Assembly: GCA_041479945.1 (NCBI GenBank)
Contig: JBGOYZ010000004.1
Location: 1-49,482, forward strand
Reading direction: 5' to 3'
DNA from: Thermoproteota archaeon
GTDB lineage: Archaea > Thermoproteota > EX4484-205 > JAAOZO01
Length of the DNA: 49,482 nt
The translations under genes were made by a program, and so were the position numbers. Positions 9,642 through 20,116 of the stretch are shown here, piece by piece. How positions within the stretch are numbered: the stretch's first letter is position 1; each line of letters begins with the position of its first letter. Under the pieces are notes generated by a model, which was given only the letters and a program-made list of their open reading frames with translations, did no database searches and was not told where the DNA came from.

Positions 9642-11473
9642 CTACCCTTCTCGCTCGACCTCGCCCCAGTATCCCCAGTAAGGTTCAGTCTTTCTCTTTA
9701 TCGTTCCGACTTCCTCCAGCGCCTGCTGCAGATCCGGAGTGGCCAGGGAAGACAGAGTTGTCTTGATCTCATGAGCGTCAGACGAGGGGACATCAACGTA
9801 GAGGATCTGCCCTTCTCGAACGTTCCTGCCCACTGTGGCATCCGACACCGATATGGAGACCTCGTCGCCTGTCCTGGCCTCCTTCGACACCTCGTCCTTC
9901 AGCCGGATCGAATGGACATGCCCAACGGCTTCTCCCCCGGAGTTGAGCAACTTGGCCCCATCTCTCAGTATGCCCCTTTCCACTCGCACACCGAAGATCG
10001 CGGGTTTGCTCCTCCTGAACACGTAACCTGGTAGCACCAGCAACGTTGCGGGCGTCTGTATCTTGGCGAACCTCTCCGCATCTGTCGACTTCTCGTATTC
10101 TTCCTTCCAGTGCGTGTAGTCCTCCGTCAGACCGTAGATTATGTCCCCGGTGAATATCCTCACCCCTAGGTCCCTAGCTGATGACTCGACCTCCTGAGCT
10201 ACCTTTACGTTGAACGCCAACACCGCCCTGTTCGTAGCGCTTGAAGAGGCAGTGGAGGCCTCCACCACATCCTTCCTCGACACTGGTCCGATGTCGGCGG
10301 TCCTCACCTTGATGTTGACCTTCTGGAGCTCAAGGACCAGCGCCTCAAGGGAGCCCAAGGCGTCGGCTTTGACGATCAGGCCCTCGGTCTCCCTTCTGAA
10401 CATGAAGGTCGAGTACTCCTTGGACAGTTCATCGACAGCCTCCTTCTGCTCGGACTGGGAGTTGGCAACCATCAGGCTTGAGCCAGCGAGTGCCCCTTCG
10501 AGATCCGGTGCCCCCAACTTCACACCAGCCGAGGCGCGACAAATGCTGACCTGGGTGAACTTGTCCCTAGGATCGCGCATCTCATCCAGCGGCTTCGGGA
10601 CGAGAATCGCCCTCACCTTCGTGATGATCGGGCCAGAAGATCCGGACAGGACCACCGTGTCATTGACTGACAACTCGCCGTCGTACAGGATGACGTTGAG
10701 GGTGGGTCCCATCCCGACTTCTTTCTTGACCTCGAGAACTGTCCCCCTTCCTCTCTTGGACTTCACAGCCAGCGAATCGGACAGGTAGCTCTGGATCATC
10801 CCTGACATGACCGCTATCATCTCGGCCACGCCCTCGCCTGTCTTGGCGCTGAGCGGGATGACCGGTGCCTTTCCCTTGAACTCCCTGATGTTGTAGAACA
10901 AGTCCGCGTTGGACCCCAGCCTCGACAGCTCACCGACTATATCGTACAACTTGCCCTCCAATGTCCTGCGAACCTGCGGGTCCTGACTCTTCATTGACTT
11001 CAGGATGGACCGCGTCTTCTGTGGGACCCAGCCCTTCAGCAAGTCCACTTTGTTCGCGGCGATCACATATGGCGTGCTCCGCGTGTTGAGTATCTCAACT
11101 GATTCTATCGTCTGTGGCATCACTCCGGCAGTGACATCCACGACCAATATTGCGAAGTCGGCTATTGAGCCTCCCCTTTTCCTGAGGTTCATGAAAGCCT
11201 GGTGACCCGGCGTGTCTATGACCAGAAGGCCCGGTATCTTCAGCCTAGCGCCGACCTCTACTCCCTCGATACCCTTCACCACATCAAGGATCGTGTCTAG
11301 GGGTAGGTAGGAGGCACCCACGTGCTGGGTTATTCCTCCAGCTTCCCTCTTCGCGACCAGCGTCCCTCTGATCTTGTCTAGGAGGGAAGTCTTGCCGTGG
11401 TCCACTTAGCCCCCTCGCGGGTGTGGCCTAGAACCACGACTATCGGCTCCCTTAGGTACAGGGTTTGGCTCAC
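9642..11473 (-). CDS. infB: Translation initiation factor aIF5B/IF2, spliced: exon 1 11473-11423, exon 2 11405-9642 (604 aa predicted)
   Basis: Exon 1 reads MSQTLYLREPIVVVLGH and exon 2 VDHGKTSLLDKIRGT...EAGGITQHVGA...DTPGH...NKVD; removing 17 nt restores GHVDHGKT. Confidence 0.93.
11406..11422 (-). other. 17-nt BHB intron in aIF5B mRNA (ACCCGCGAGGGGGCUAA)
   Basis: Central helix GGCC/GGCU, bulges AC|A and AA|G, inner CCC-GCGA-GGG hairpin, outer helix UCUA/UGGA. Confidence 0.88.
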
Positions 11474-11502
11474 CTCGAAAACGTGGATGAATCCTCTTAG
11501 CT

Positions 11503-11949
11503 CTAATAAAGGTAATCTGAAAGCGGTTGATCCCAGTCCACTATCTCGTCGTCCTTGAATAGGATGCGGATTTCCTCCTCTGCTCTCTCGGCTGAGTCGG
11601 ATGCGTGGACGAGGTTCTTCCCTGTCGACATCGCGTAATCCCCCCTTATTGTGCCTGGAGCTGCTTCTGCGAATTTGGTCGCGCCCAACATCAAACGCAC
11701 GACGGACACCGCGCTCGGTCCCTTCACCACTATCGCGACCAGCGGACCCTTCGACATGAAGTCGACTAATTCCTGGTAGAAGGCTTTGCCCTTGTGCATT
11801 GAGTAGAGACGCTCGAGCTTGGCCTTGTCAGGAGACATCATCTTCAGGGCGACGATCTTCAGCCCTTTTCTCTCAACCCTGCTCATGATCTCCCCGATGT
11901 AGCCCCTGACGGCCGCGTCAGGCTTCAGCAGCACTAGGCTTCTTTGCAC
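11503..11949 (-). CDS. ndk: Nucleoside diphosphate kinase
   Basis: [12 protein letters not shown] and NLVHASDS motifs. Confidence 0.96.
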   Translation of the reverse strand: MQRSLVLLKPDAAVRGYIGEIMSRVERKGLKIVALKMMSPDKAKLERLYSMHKGKAFYQELVDFMSKGPLVAIVVKGPSAVSVVRLMLGATKFAEAAPGTIRGDYAMSTGKNLVHASDSAERAEEEIRILFKDDEIVDWDQPLSDYLY

Positions 11950-12127
11950 CTGAGACAGATTTCATCACCCACTTTACTTTCCTCGGGTTCCTCCTAAGCT
12001 TTAGAGAGTTCTTCCTGCACTTGGAGCTGCAAAACCAGAGCACCGACCCATCGTTCCGTGCGAAGAGAAGTCCTGTTCCGGGTTCAATTCCTCGGCCACA
12101 GAACGAGCATTTCCTCTCCCCGGGCAT
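11918..12127 (-). CDS. rpl24e: 50S ribosomal protein L24e
   Basis: CSFCG..IEPGTG, FCSSKC and RNPRKVKW motifs. Confidence 0.95.
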   Translation of the reverse strand: MPGERKCSFCGRGIEPGTGLLFARNDGSVLWFCSSKCRKNSLKLRRNPRKVKWVMKSVSGAKKPSAAEA

Positions 12128-12334
12128 CTACCTTAGCCTCCTTGCCTCCCTCTCGTCATCCCTGAGCACTAGGTTCTCGCCAACTCGTACGGGCCCCCTT
12201 ATGTTCCTGAGAATGACCCTTCCCTTGTTCCTGCCGGTCTGAATCCTGACTCTGGCTTGGATGACCTCGCCTGTAGCTCCACCCCTTCCGATCAGCTCAA
12301 CGACTTCGGCGGTTATGTCTCCTTCTGAACTCAA
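12128..12334 (-). CDS. rps28e: 30S ribosomal protein S28e
   Basis: [24 protein letters not shown] and EREARRL motifs. Confidence 0.95.
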   Translation of the reverse strand: MSSEGDITAEVVELIGRGGATGEVIQARVRIQTGRNKGRVILRNIRGPVRVGENLVLRDDEREARRLR

Positions 12335-12354
12335 AGGCGGTCACCCATACCTTC

Positions 12355-12741
12355 CTACGCACCTGACCTGAGCTGCTTAATCTTCTCGACCAGCTCGTTC
12401 AGTTGCTTGGTTCCTTCTCCGGGATCTTCTATCGTCACGCTTGAGGCTCCAACAGGTAGCCCAACCTGGCTTCCGAGCGTCTTCTTGTCCGGCACCACGA
12501 TGTACGGAGTGTTCCTGTCCTTGCAGAGCAGCGGAATGTGCAGGATGATCTCGATCGGGTCGACGTTCTCCGCGATGAGCGCCAACTTGGCCAAGCCTCT
12601 TTCAATGGACTTCGTGGTCTCATTGGTGCCTTTCCTCACCTTGCCAGTCTGGGCGGCCAGCTTGAGCACCTCGAGCGCCTGACCTTGTAGCGCTTCTGGG
12701 GCTTCATATTCTGCCGTTGTTACTTTTCCCACACTAGACAC
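12355..12741 (-). CDS. rpl7ae: 50S ribosomal protein L7Ae
   Basis: KGTNETTKSIERG, IAENVDP.EI and H.P.LC motifs. Confidence 0.96.
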   Translation of the reverse strand: MSSVGKVTTAEYEAPEALQGQALEVLKLAAQTGKVRKGTNETTKSIERGLAKLALIAENVDPIEIILHIPLLCKDRNTPYIVVPDKKTLGSQVGLPVGASSVTIEDPGEGTKQLNELVEKIKQLRSGA

Positions 12742-12858
12742 CTCGACGGTTAGTCCGCTACTGAATCACTCTTACTTAAAGTTACTGTCAACTGGAATCA
12801 GTCAGTGTCGACAATGCAGCTTTCACATCTCGTCTCACTCGCAGGGCGGCAGCACAAC

Positions 12859-14589
12859 TCAACGGTGAGAGAAAACGGCGGAAATCCTTCCTGCTTGAAC
12901 CTCCTCGAGCTTGACGAAACCCACTCTCATGAGTTGCACGAGTTCACCTTCTTTCTCCTTGCAGAGGTTCGACTCACCAAACCCCTTGAGCCAAGTCGCG
13001 TCCGGCATCAACAGCGCAGTCGGGACCGCCGAAGCCTCTGGCACCCACTGCACGGTCTTCATGCCCCTGTCATAGGCAGACCCTGCGGACATGTTCTCGA
13101 AATCAGCGGTCGACTGGTTTCCCGTTCTGCTGCCAAGCTTGACGACGAACAGTCCCATCAGTCTGAACGGGTCTCCACTGGAAGCGGTCGACAAATCCTC
13201 AGACGAGACCAGCAGGCGCATCTCCCCCTGACTTGGACTGAGGACAATCTTCCGTTCCCCGAGTTCCTTGTTCGCGGGATGATTCGGAAGGGTCACATGC
13301 TCCATGGCTGGTGCTCCTCTCACGACCAAGCTCACCGGATTCCCGACGAAGAAGAACCGCTTGGTTGTTCCGTCCACCATTGCCCTGTTAGCGGAGCTGA
13401 GGTTGTCCCACTTTATCATTGCTTCCACCGGCTTTGCGCCCAAGTCCAGAATCGTCTCCCTGATGACCTCGGGAAGTATCCCCCTCCTCCTGAGTGACTT
13501 CAGAGTGCCCAGTCTCGGATCGTCCATTCCCAAGTAGGAACCCTCCTTCAACCCGGCCATAATCTTGGACTTGCTCAGAACCGAGCCCTCGAGTTTCACT
13601 CTCCCTATTGTCACGGTCGTGGGAACCTTCCAACCGAAGTGCTCGAAGACATACTGCTGCCTCGCCTCGTTCGTCAGGTGTTCCTTTGCCCGCACTATGT
13701 GAGTAATTCCCATCTCGTGGTCATCGATCGCAGCGGACCAGTTGTACAACGGCCACACCCTGTATTTTGAGCCCACCCTTGGGTGAGGAGCATCGTCTAT
13801 TCTCAGGGCTGGCCAGTCCCGAATAGCTGGGTTGGGGTGAGAAAGATCTGTCTTGACTCTTACGACCGCTTCGCCGGCCTTCAGCTTGCCTGACAGCATG
13901 TCATCCAAGAGCTCAAGGTTCTTGGCCGGGGTTTGTCCTCTGTGGGGGCAAGGCTCCTTCCTTTTGACATGTACCCTGAACCGCTCTCGATCGCACAAAC
14001 AGACGTACACACCCCCTGCTTGAATGAGTTCCTTTGCCTTCGAGTAGTAGAGTTCAAGCCTGTCTGACTGATAGTAGACTTCGTCCACCTTCACGCCAAG
14101 CCAGTTCAGGTCCTCGAAGACCCAGCCATATGCCTCCGGCAGCGGCGGCTTCACAGAAGGAGATGTGTCCTCGAACCTGAGCACGAACCTGCCCTTGTAC
14201 TTCTTCACGAAGAAGTCACAAAGCAATGCTGGTCTGGCATTTCCCAAGGTCAGTGGTCCGTCCGGGTTAGGTGCGAACCTTAGGGCGTATCCCGGAAGTC
14301 CCGGGTTCGGTGCTAGCCCAAGCTCAGAGGGTGCAGCCCTCTGAATCGCGACCGGCGGGGCCTCGCCCAACTGATCGAGTTCTCTCTGGATCTCGTTCCT
14401 TGACAGCGAGTTGACCTCGTCACAGATGCTCGTTATGAGCGACATGAACTCCTTGATGGATCGTGTCAGTTCTGGTCTCCTCGCTAGGAGATGACCTGAC
14501 ACCACGCCCGGAGAGGTCTTCCCGAATCGGCTGGCGTTCTGGAGTGCCAAGTGTCTCGCGAGCGCGGCTATGTCCGATGTGTCCGTCAA
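12859..14589 (-). CDS. gltX: Glutamyl-tRNA synthetase
   Basis: RFAPNPDGPL.LGN, LRFEDT, YRVWPLYN and LSKS motifs. Confidence 0.95.
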   Translation of the reverse strand: MTDTSDIAALARHLALQNASRFGKTSPGVVSGHLLARRPELTRSIKEFMSLITSICDEVNSLSRNEIQRELDQLGEAPPVAIQRAAPSELGLAPNPGLPGYALRFAPNPDGPLTLGNARPALLCDFFVKKYKGRFVLRFEDTSPSVKPPLPEAYGWVFEDLNWLGVKVDEVYYQSDRLELYYSKAKELIQAGGVYVCLCDRERFRVHVKRKEPCPHRGQTPAKNLELLDDMLSGKLKAGEAVVRVKTDLSHPNPAIRDWPALRIDDAPHPRVGSKYRVWPLYNWSAAIDDHEMGITHIVRAKEHLTNEARQQYVFEHFGWKVPTTVTIGRVKLEGSVLSKSKIMAGLKEGSYLGMDDPRLGTLKSLRRRGILPEVIRETILDLGAKPVEAMIKWDNLSSANRAMVDGTTKRFFFVGNPVSLVVRGAPAMEHVTLPNHPANKELGERKIVLSPSQGEMRLLVSSEDLSTASSGDPFRLMGLFVVKLGSRTGNQSTADFENMSAGSAYDRGMKTVQWVPEASAVPTALLMPDATWLKGFGESNLCKEKEGELVQLMRVGFVKLEEVQAGRISAVFSHR

Positions 14590-15668
14590 CGCGTCGAGTA
14601 CCTCTCAACGTCAAGCTTCCTTGACTTGGCCCATGCGTACAGGTTTCCAGTTATCACTGCCGGCTTCCTTCTCAAGGAGTTGATGCTGTCCGCGCCGACC
14701 AAGAACATCGCAACCCTCATCTCCTTGGAGAAGCCTCTGATCCAACTGATCGCAGAAGATGAGCCGCCCTTGACGACGCGCTCCAAGATCGGCCTCGCGA
14801 CAGCCACGTAACCCGCACCCAAGACCAGGGCTTTTGCGGCGTCGAGGCCGTTCGTTATCCCACCCGAAGCAATCACCCTCACTCCCGGTACTGACGTGGC
14901 TTCCATGATGCTCGCCACTGTGGGGATCCCCCAGTCCGAGTAGAGCCTTCCGAGCGACGCCCTCTCCTCATCTCCGGCTTCAATTGCCCTCCTCGTCTCG
15001 ATCGAGGCGAAGCTTGTTCCCCCTCCTCCGGCCACGTCGATGAACTTGAACCCTATTTCCCTGAACGACTTTGTCACTTCCTTCGAGATGCCGGCCCCCG
15101 TCTCCTTTGCGATGCAGGGAACCCGGAGACCTCTCACGACGCGCTTGACCGCGGACCTCACTCCCTTCATTCGTGTCTCGCCCTCGGGCATTATGGCCTC
15201 CTGCACTTTGTTGAAGTGGATCGCAAGGGCGTCACCGCTCACAATGTCTACGGCCTTCTTGGCCATTTCAAGTCCTCCGCCGACCAGTTGCTGGGCGCCT
15301 ATGTTCGATATGATCGGCGCTGAAGCTGCTATCTTCCTGACGATGGAGAACGTGGGCCTGAGCCTGTCGTCCTCGAGTCCAGCTCTCACACTTCCAACCC
15401 CGATCGGAAGGTGCTCGGACTTGGCAGCCAGAGCCAACTCCCTGTTGATTCCCAGCGCTCCCTCAAATCCGCCAGTCATGCATGAGATGATTAGGGGCAT
15501 TGAGATCTTCTTTCCCAAGAACTCAGTGCTCAGGTCTATGTCATCCGTGTTGATGTCGGAAAGGGGATCGTTAATCAGATGGACCTGTTCAAATGCGATC
15601 GGTTGGGGTCCGGAATTCTGCCCTGACTCGACCGCGATCCGAACATGGTCACTTTTCCTGCTCTCCAA
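14586..15668 (-). CDS. fni: Type 2 isopentenyl-diphosphate isomerase
   Basis: RK.DH, MTGG, GVGS, KETG.G, GGT, WGIPT and SGGI motifs. Confidence 0.95.
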   Translation of the reverse strand: MESRKSDHVRIAVESGQNSGPQPIAFEQVHLINDPLSDINTDDIDLSTEFLGKKISMPLIISCMTGGFEGALGINRELALAAKSEHLPIGVGSVRAGLEDDRLRPTFSIVRKIAASAPIISNIGAQQLVGGGLEMAKKAVDIVSGDALAIHFNKVQEAIMPEGETRMKGVRSAVKRVVRGLRVPCIAKETGAGISKEVTKSFREIGFKFIDVAGGGGTSFASIETRRAIEAGDEERASLGRLYSDWGIPTVASIMEATSVPGVRVIASGGITNGLDAAKALVLGAGYVAVARPILERVVKGGSSSAISWIRGFSKEMRVAMFLVGADSINSLRRKPAVITGNLYAWAKSRKLDVERYSTR

Positions 15669-15684
15669 AGGAGTCCATCACCTC

Positions 15685-16458
15685 CTACCAAACCACCTCA
15701 GTTCCCCTAAAGGGTTTCCCCGAGATCGCATTGAACAACCTGTTCGGTCTGAAGGGGCAGAGGAAGAGAACCGGAATGCCTCTCTTCACCACTGGCTCAA
15801 GTTCCTTCAGCTTTGCTCCGAGACCCCCCGTCACGTCTATCCTTCCCTCTTCGGAAGGCCACAACAGACGATCGTATGGCTCGCTGAGCTTCACGCGATC
15901 CAGCAGCTTGGAGTCTGGGCCGATGATTCCGTCTTGATCCATGCACATCACTAGCCTTTCGGCACCGAACGAGATCGCCAGCCTTGACGCCAGCGCGTCA
16001 CCGGAGACTATGTCGACATTACCCTTTTCCCCGAACACAACATCCCCTTTGAGCAGCGGGGAAAAGCCCAAGTCAAGGGCTAGCTTGATGTTTGACTCAT
16101 CGAGCTTGAACTCGCCATCATTGGCCGACCTCCCGATGGCGTGCGTAGGTAGAGTGACCGCTGGTATCCCCTTCTCAATCAGATGAGAGGCGATCCTCGT
16201 CGAAAGCTTGTCCATTTCCAACAGGACGTACGAGGAATCCATCGGTTTGATCTTCTCGCTGCCCAACAGGTTCAGCTTGTCAGCCAAGTAGTGACCCACG
16301 GAGCCGCCACCGTGTATGATGATCAAGTCCGTTCTGCCAGTCTGCGCGAGTTCGCTTGCCATCCCCGCGATCACGTCATCCCTGATCTTGAAGGGCACCA
16401 TCTTGTCCGTGACGACGCTACCGCCAAGCTTCAGAACTACCGGCTTCAACCTGCCCAC
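15685..16458 (-). CDS. Isopentenyl phosphate kinase
   Basis: KLGGSVVTDK, HGGGSVGH, SGD and DVTGG motifs; lies between mvk and fni. Confidence 0.9.
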   Translation of the reverse strand: MGRLKPVVLKLGGSVVTDKMVPFKIRDDVIAGMASELAQTGRTDLIIIHGGGSVGHYLADKLNLLGSEKIKPMDSSYVLLEMDKLSTRIASHLIEKGIPAVTLPTHAIGRSANDGEFKLDESNIKLALDLGFSPLLKGDVVFGEKGNVDIVSGDALASRLAISFGAERLVMCMDQDGIIGPDSKLLDRVKLSEPYDRLLWPSEEGRIDVTGGLGAKLKELEPVVKRGIPVLFLCPFRPNRLFNAISGKPFRGTEVVW

Positions 16459-17429
16459 CCCGTCGCTCCCTCGTGTGAGAGCTTGGCCGGGAACGACTTG
16501 AACCCGATCTGGTCCATTCTGTCAATGATCTTGGACATGAGATCGGGTCGAGCCAGCACTATTGCCGATCCTCCTCCGCCAGCGCCCGTAAGTTTTGCCC
16601 CGAGTGCCCCCGCTATTATGGACTGCGCAACGATGCTGTCCAGCGCAGGAACCGAGACACCAAAAGAGGAGAGCACGCAGTGGTTCGCTGTCATGAGGTG
16701 TCCGATGAGGTCCAAGTCCATCCCGCCGAGCGCGACCTCAATGCTCTCGGTTATCGAACCCATCGTATCAAGCAACCTTCTCTTCTCCTCTCCGCCTGAT
16801 TCTAGGCTAGACCTGAACTTCTCCACCATGTCTCCGGTGCTCCTCTCAAGGCCCGTGTTGACGACCAACAAGGGAAAGTCCGCATCTATCCCAATGTGTC
16901 TTGACTCGCCACCCTTGACGTATTTCATCGCCCCGCCTGAGACCGCGATCTCAACGTCGACGCCACTTGGCCTACCGTGGACCAATTTCTCTCCCACCAT
17001 CGCTGCGTCGAAGAGCTGAGCCTTTGAGGGATCAACACCCGCAGCTCGGAATGTGGCCAGCGCCGTCGAAACGAAAGCTGATGCTGAAGAACCCATTCCC
17101 GCTGCCACTGACACCTCACCAAACGTCTCAGCTGTGAGTCCGGATCTGCAGCCACACGTCTCGAGGATGCTTCGCGCTACCTCAAGGGCAGGCAGGAGCT
17201 TCCGCTCGCCCTTGAACCTGCCAGAAACGAGATCATACTCAGCCACGCCAAGATGGCCGGAGGAAACCCGAATGACTGTGTCATCGGTAAGGCGAACCTC
17301 TGCCCGCACCTTGGGTTCCACTGCTAGCACTATCGCAGGGTAACCGTAGACGACTGAATGCTCCCCGGACAGTATGATCTTGGTCGGAGCTTCAGCTGAA
17401 TGGATCCCATCTTTCATCTCAGTCACCAC
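16446..17429 (-). CDS. mvk: Mevalonate kinase
   Basis: P.KIIL.GEHSVVYG, GMGSSAS, HG.PSGVD and KLTGAGGGG GHMP motifs. Confidence 0.94.
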   Translation of the reverse strand: MVTEMKDGIHSAEAPTKIILSGEHSVVYGYPAIVLAVEPKVRAEVRLTDDTVIRVSSGHLGVAEYDLVSGRFKGERKLLPALEVARSILETCGCRSGLTAETFGEVSVAAGMGSSASAFVSTALATFRAAGVDPSKAQLFDAAMVGEKLVHGRPSGVDVEIAVSGGAMKYVKGGESRHIGIDADFPLLVVNTGLERSTGDMVEKFRSSLESGGEEKRRLLDTMGSITESIEVALGGMDLDLIGHLMTANHCVLSSFGVSVPALDSIVAQSIIAGALGAKLTGAGGGGSAIVLARPDLMSKIIDRMDQIGFKSFPAKLSHEGATGWAG

Positions 17430-17530
17430 TGGGGTTGCTGAGCAACTGACAGGTTGAGAGAGGTCCCACCATATTTAATGGTTGTAAGTGACGTTCGTTC
17501 TGTCGAGCCAAGGGACTCAGTGGTCTGGGG

Positions 17531-18400
17531 CTATCGGCCGGTTGAACCCTTCTTGAACGCGACCGCAGAATAGCCAACGACTGCAGAGTTGTCGCCAGTG
17601 ATGTCTCCGCTCGTGTAGTAGCCCAGTACCTCTCCCTTCTCAGCACCTAGTCTCCGTGCTGCGGCCATGCACGACAATACCGGCCCCAGACCGCACAGAG
17701 ACTCAAACTCGTTAGCCACCTTCCAAGTCTTCTCTTCGTCAAGCGCCCTGATCTGTTCGAGCGTCCTCTTGTCCTGTTCGGAGGCCACTTTCGCTGGCAT
17801 GTAGTGGGTCATGTCGCTCGAGGCAACCAGCAGCGCATTGCGACCCGACAACGAGCCCGCTATCGACGAACCCAGCTCCTGGGCTGCCTTGAGGTCGTAC
17901 ATCCAGATGGATATCGGGACAATCTTGAAGGGATTGTCCTTGAAGACGTACTGTAGGAACGGCAACTGTATCTCCAAGGAATGCTCGGAGCGATGAGCAG
18001 TCTCGTCAAGGTCGGCTATCCCAGATCGCTTTGAGATCTCCCTTGCAGTTTCCAAGTCAACCTCAACCTCGCCCAGCGGAGTGCTCCAGACATCTGAAGG
18101 CGAAATGGCAATGCCTGAGCCCACTCCATGGTGGTTTGGCCCGAGGAGCACGACCAGGTCTCTGGGTCCGTTCGCAGCAACCTCGTAGTACGCTAGTGCG
18201 GCAGCCTGGCCAGAGTAGAGGTAGCCAGCATGAGGCGAGAGTACCCCGACCAAATCGTCACTCCGTTTTCCTAGCTTGGGCAGTCTGCCGGGGCCGTGTG
18301 GACCGAGGAACAACTCCTCGACCTGATGCCACAATGACTCCTTTGATCCTGCGTACCAGCTACCGGCGAAGACGGCCCTGCGAGTTGCTCTACTCGGCAA
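17531..18400 (-). CDS. MEMO1/AmmeMemoRadiSam protein B family
   Basis: R....AGSWY, PHAGY.YSG, GPNH, EHSLEIQLPFLQ and SSDMTHY motifs; TTG start at 18400 after GGAGG. Confidence 0.9.
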   Translation of the reverse strand: MPSRATRRAVFAGSWYAGSKESLWHQVEELFLGPHGPGRLPKLGKRSDDLVGVLSPHAGYLYSGQAAALAYYEVAANGPRDLVVLLGPNHHGVGSGIAISPSDVWSTPLGEVEVDLETAREISKRSGIADLDETAHRSEHSLEIQLPFLQYVFKDNPFKIVPISIWMYDLKAAQELGSSIAGSLSGRNALLVASSDMTHYMPAKVASEQDKRTLEQIRALDEEKTWKVANEFESLCGLGPVLSCMAAARRLGAEKGEVLGYYTSGDITGDNSAVVGYSAVAFKKGSTGR

Positions 18401-19034
18401 CCTCCACTTCCTCCACCGGGTATTCGAAGGCGGAGGCTGGCTCCGGCAGGTCTCCATTCGGTGGGATCGTGCCTCTCAGTCGACTGATCTCACGGGTCAA
18501 GATCCAGAAGATCAGAGCAAGTGATTTTCTCCCCTTGTTGTTTGCCGGGATTATCAGGTCGATGTTCTCGCAAGAGTTGTCCGTGTCGCACACCGCTATG
18601 ACGGGCACTCTCACGAGCGAGGCTTCCACTATCGCTTTCTCGTCAACCTTTGGATCCGCCACCACCAACAGAGAGGCGGGCCAATGGTAGCTCACCGCGG
18701 GGTTGGAGAATATCCCCGGTGGGAACCTCCTGACGATCGCCTTGAAGCTCGTGTACTCGCAGAACTTCTCTACCGGCTTCGCGCCGTACTCCTTGCTCGA
18801 TACGACGACGACCTTGGAGGTGTCTTGCTGCCTGGCAAGCATCTTTGCCGCTACCCTGAGCCTGAGGTCTAGTTTGTCCACATCTATCAGGTTAAGGCCA
18901 TCTGCTGCCTGTAACTTCACGAACTGTTTCATCTCTTTTGCTGCCACCTTCGTGCCTATGTGGACACCTGCGTTGATGTAGTCTGTCGGCGGCACCAGCA
19001 AGTCTTTGCCTGTGCTCATCTGGAACTCTGCCAA
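18390..19034 (-). CDS. rps2: 30S ribosomal protein S2
   Basis: Y..AGVHIGTK, RF.PG.F.NP and PANNKGRKSLALIFW motifs. Confidence 0.96.
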   Translation of the reverse strand: MAEFQMSTGKDLLVPPTDYINAGVHIGTKVAAKEMKQFVKLQAADGLNLIDVDKLDLRLRVAAKMLARQQDTSKVVVVSSKEYGAKPVEKFCEYTSFKAIVRRFPPGIFSNPAVSYHWPASLLVVADPKVDEKAIVEASLVRVPVIAVCDTDNSCENIDLIIPANNKGRKSLALIFWILTREISRLRGTIPPNGDLPEPASAFEYPVEEVEVAE

Positions 19035-19035
19035 C

Positions 19036-19248
19036 TTACCTCTTCACCCCTCCTGAGTAGGCCAGCACTTCGTCTATGTACTCGTAAGCTGAGACCACCA
19101 TCCTCCTGCAGCAGACCCTTTTGAGTCCTAGCGAATCCAACACGGCCTGCGGGTCCTCGCCCTTTTCCTTGGTTCTGATGAGGAACTCCTTGTACTTGTC
19201 CCCAATCACCTTGCCACACGTGAAGCACCTAACGGGTAGGATCATCAC
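19036..19248 (-). CDS. rpoN: RNA polymerase subunit N (Rpo10)
   Basis: PVRCFTCGK and R.CCRRM motifs. Confidence 0.96.
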   Translation of the reverse strand: MMILPVRCFTCGKVIGDKYKEFLIRTKEKGEDPQAVLDSLGLKRVCCRRMVVSAYEYIDEVLAYSGGVKR

Positions 19249-19251
19249 ACA

Positions 19252-19665
19252 TCACCTGTAACTCTTCTGGAACTTCCTTCTGGCTCCAGGCCCTCCGAAC
19301 TTCTTGGGCTCCTTCGCCCTTGGGTCTCCCGAGAGGATGTGCTGGTCGTATGAGATGAGGGTCTTTCTGACCGTGGCCGACCTCGTCCATTTCACTATCC
19401 CGTTCGCCAAGGTCACCATGACCGCTCTGGCCTGAGAACTCCAACCTCCTCCGTCCACCCTGACGTGTACGTTCACCTCTTTGAACCGATCAGGCAGCAA
19501 CTTCACTGGCAAGGTAGACACCCCGCTCTGTATCCTGTTACCCCAGTTCTGTATGGGGATCGAGTTCACCTTGATCACTCCATTGCCCGGCTTGAACGTG
19601 GCTCTGGCTGAGGAGGACTTGATCCTAGCGGAAACGACAAGCGGAAGCTTCCTAGCTGGCGGCAA
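19252..19665 (-). CDS. rps9: 30S ribosomal protein S9
   Basis: V.GGG..SQA and DPR.KEPKKFGGPGAR..FQKSYR motifs. Confidence 0.96.
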   Translation of the reverse strand: MPPARKLPLVVSARIKSSSARATFKPGNGVIKVNSIPIQNWGNRIQSGVSTLPVKLLPDRFKEVNVHVRVDGGGWSSQARAVMVTLANGIVKWTRSATVRKTLISYDQHILSGDPRAKEPKKFGGPGARRKFQKSYR

Positions 19666-19675
19666 CTTCTAGCGA

Positions 19676-20116
19676 TCACCTGCCTCGACTGCGGATCCTA
19701 TCGGAGATCTCCTGCAGCTTGACGTACTTGTGGCTGAGCTTAGTTGCGCTTGTCCCCTCGAGTACCAATGGTTCGCCTTCAATGGCCGTCGGCATTTCCA
19801 AGTAGACCCTGAGCCTCTTGAGAGCCTCCCGGCCCTTTGGCTTCCTGTGTGGCAACATGCCGCGTATGGTGCGCCTCATCATCATGTCGGGCCGTGAGAA
19901 GTGTCTGGGTGTGTTCTTCGGATTGACTGCACTCCTCACATTCCCGAACTCCTGGATCTCCCTGAGGGTCGCGGTTTTCGTGCCCGAGATCACGGCCCCT
20001 CCTGCGTTCACAATCACGACCTTCTTTCCGTCCAATAGCATTTTCGCGACCATACTGGAAAGTCTACCGACCACTTGATTGTCCGCGTTCACTATCACAG
20101 TCGGCGATTCAGGCAA
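19676..20116 (-). CDS. rpl13: 50S ribosomal protein L13
   Basis: GRLSS.VAK.LL.G and RRTIRGMLP motifs. Confidence 0.95.
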   Translation of the reverse strand: MPESPTVIVNADNQVVGRLSSMVAKMLLDGKKVVIVNAGGAVISGTKTATLREIQEFGNVRSAVNPKNTPRHFSRPDMMMRRTIRGMLPHRKPKGREALKRLRVYLEMPTAIEGEPLVLEGTSATKLSHKYVKLQEISDRIRSRGR

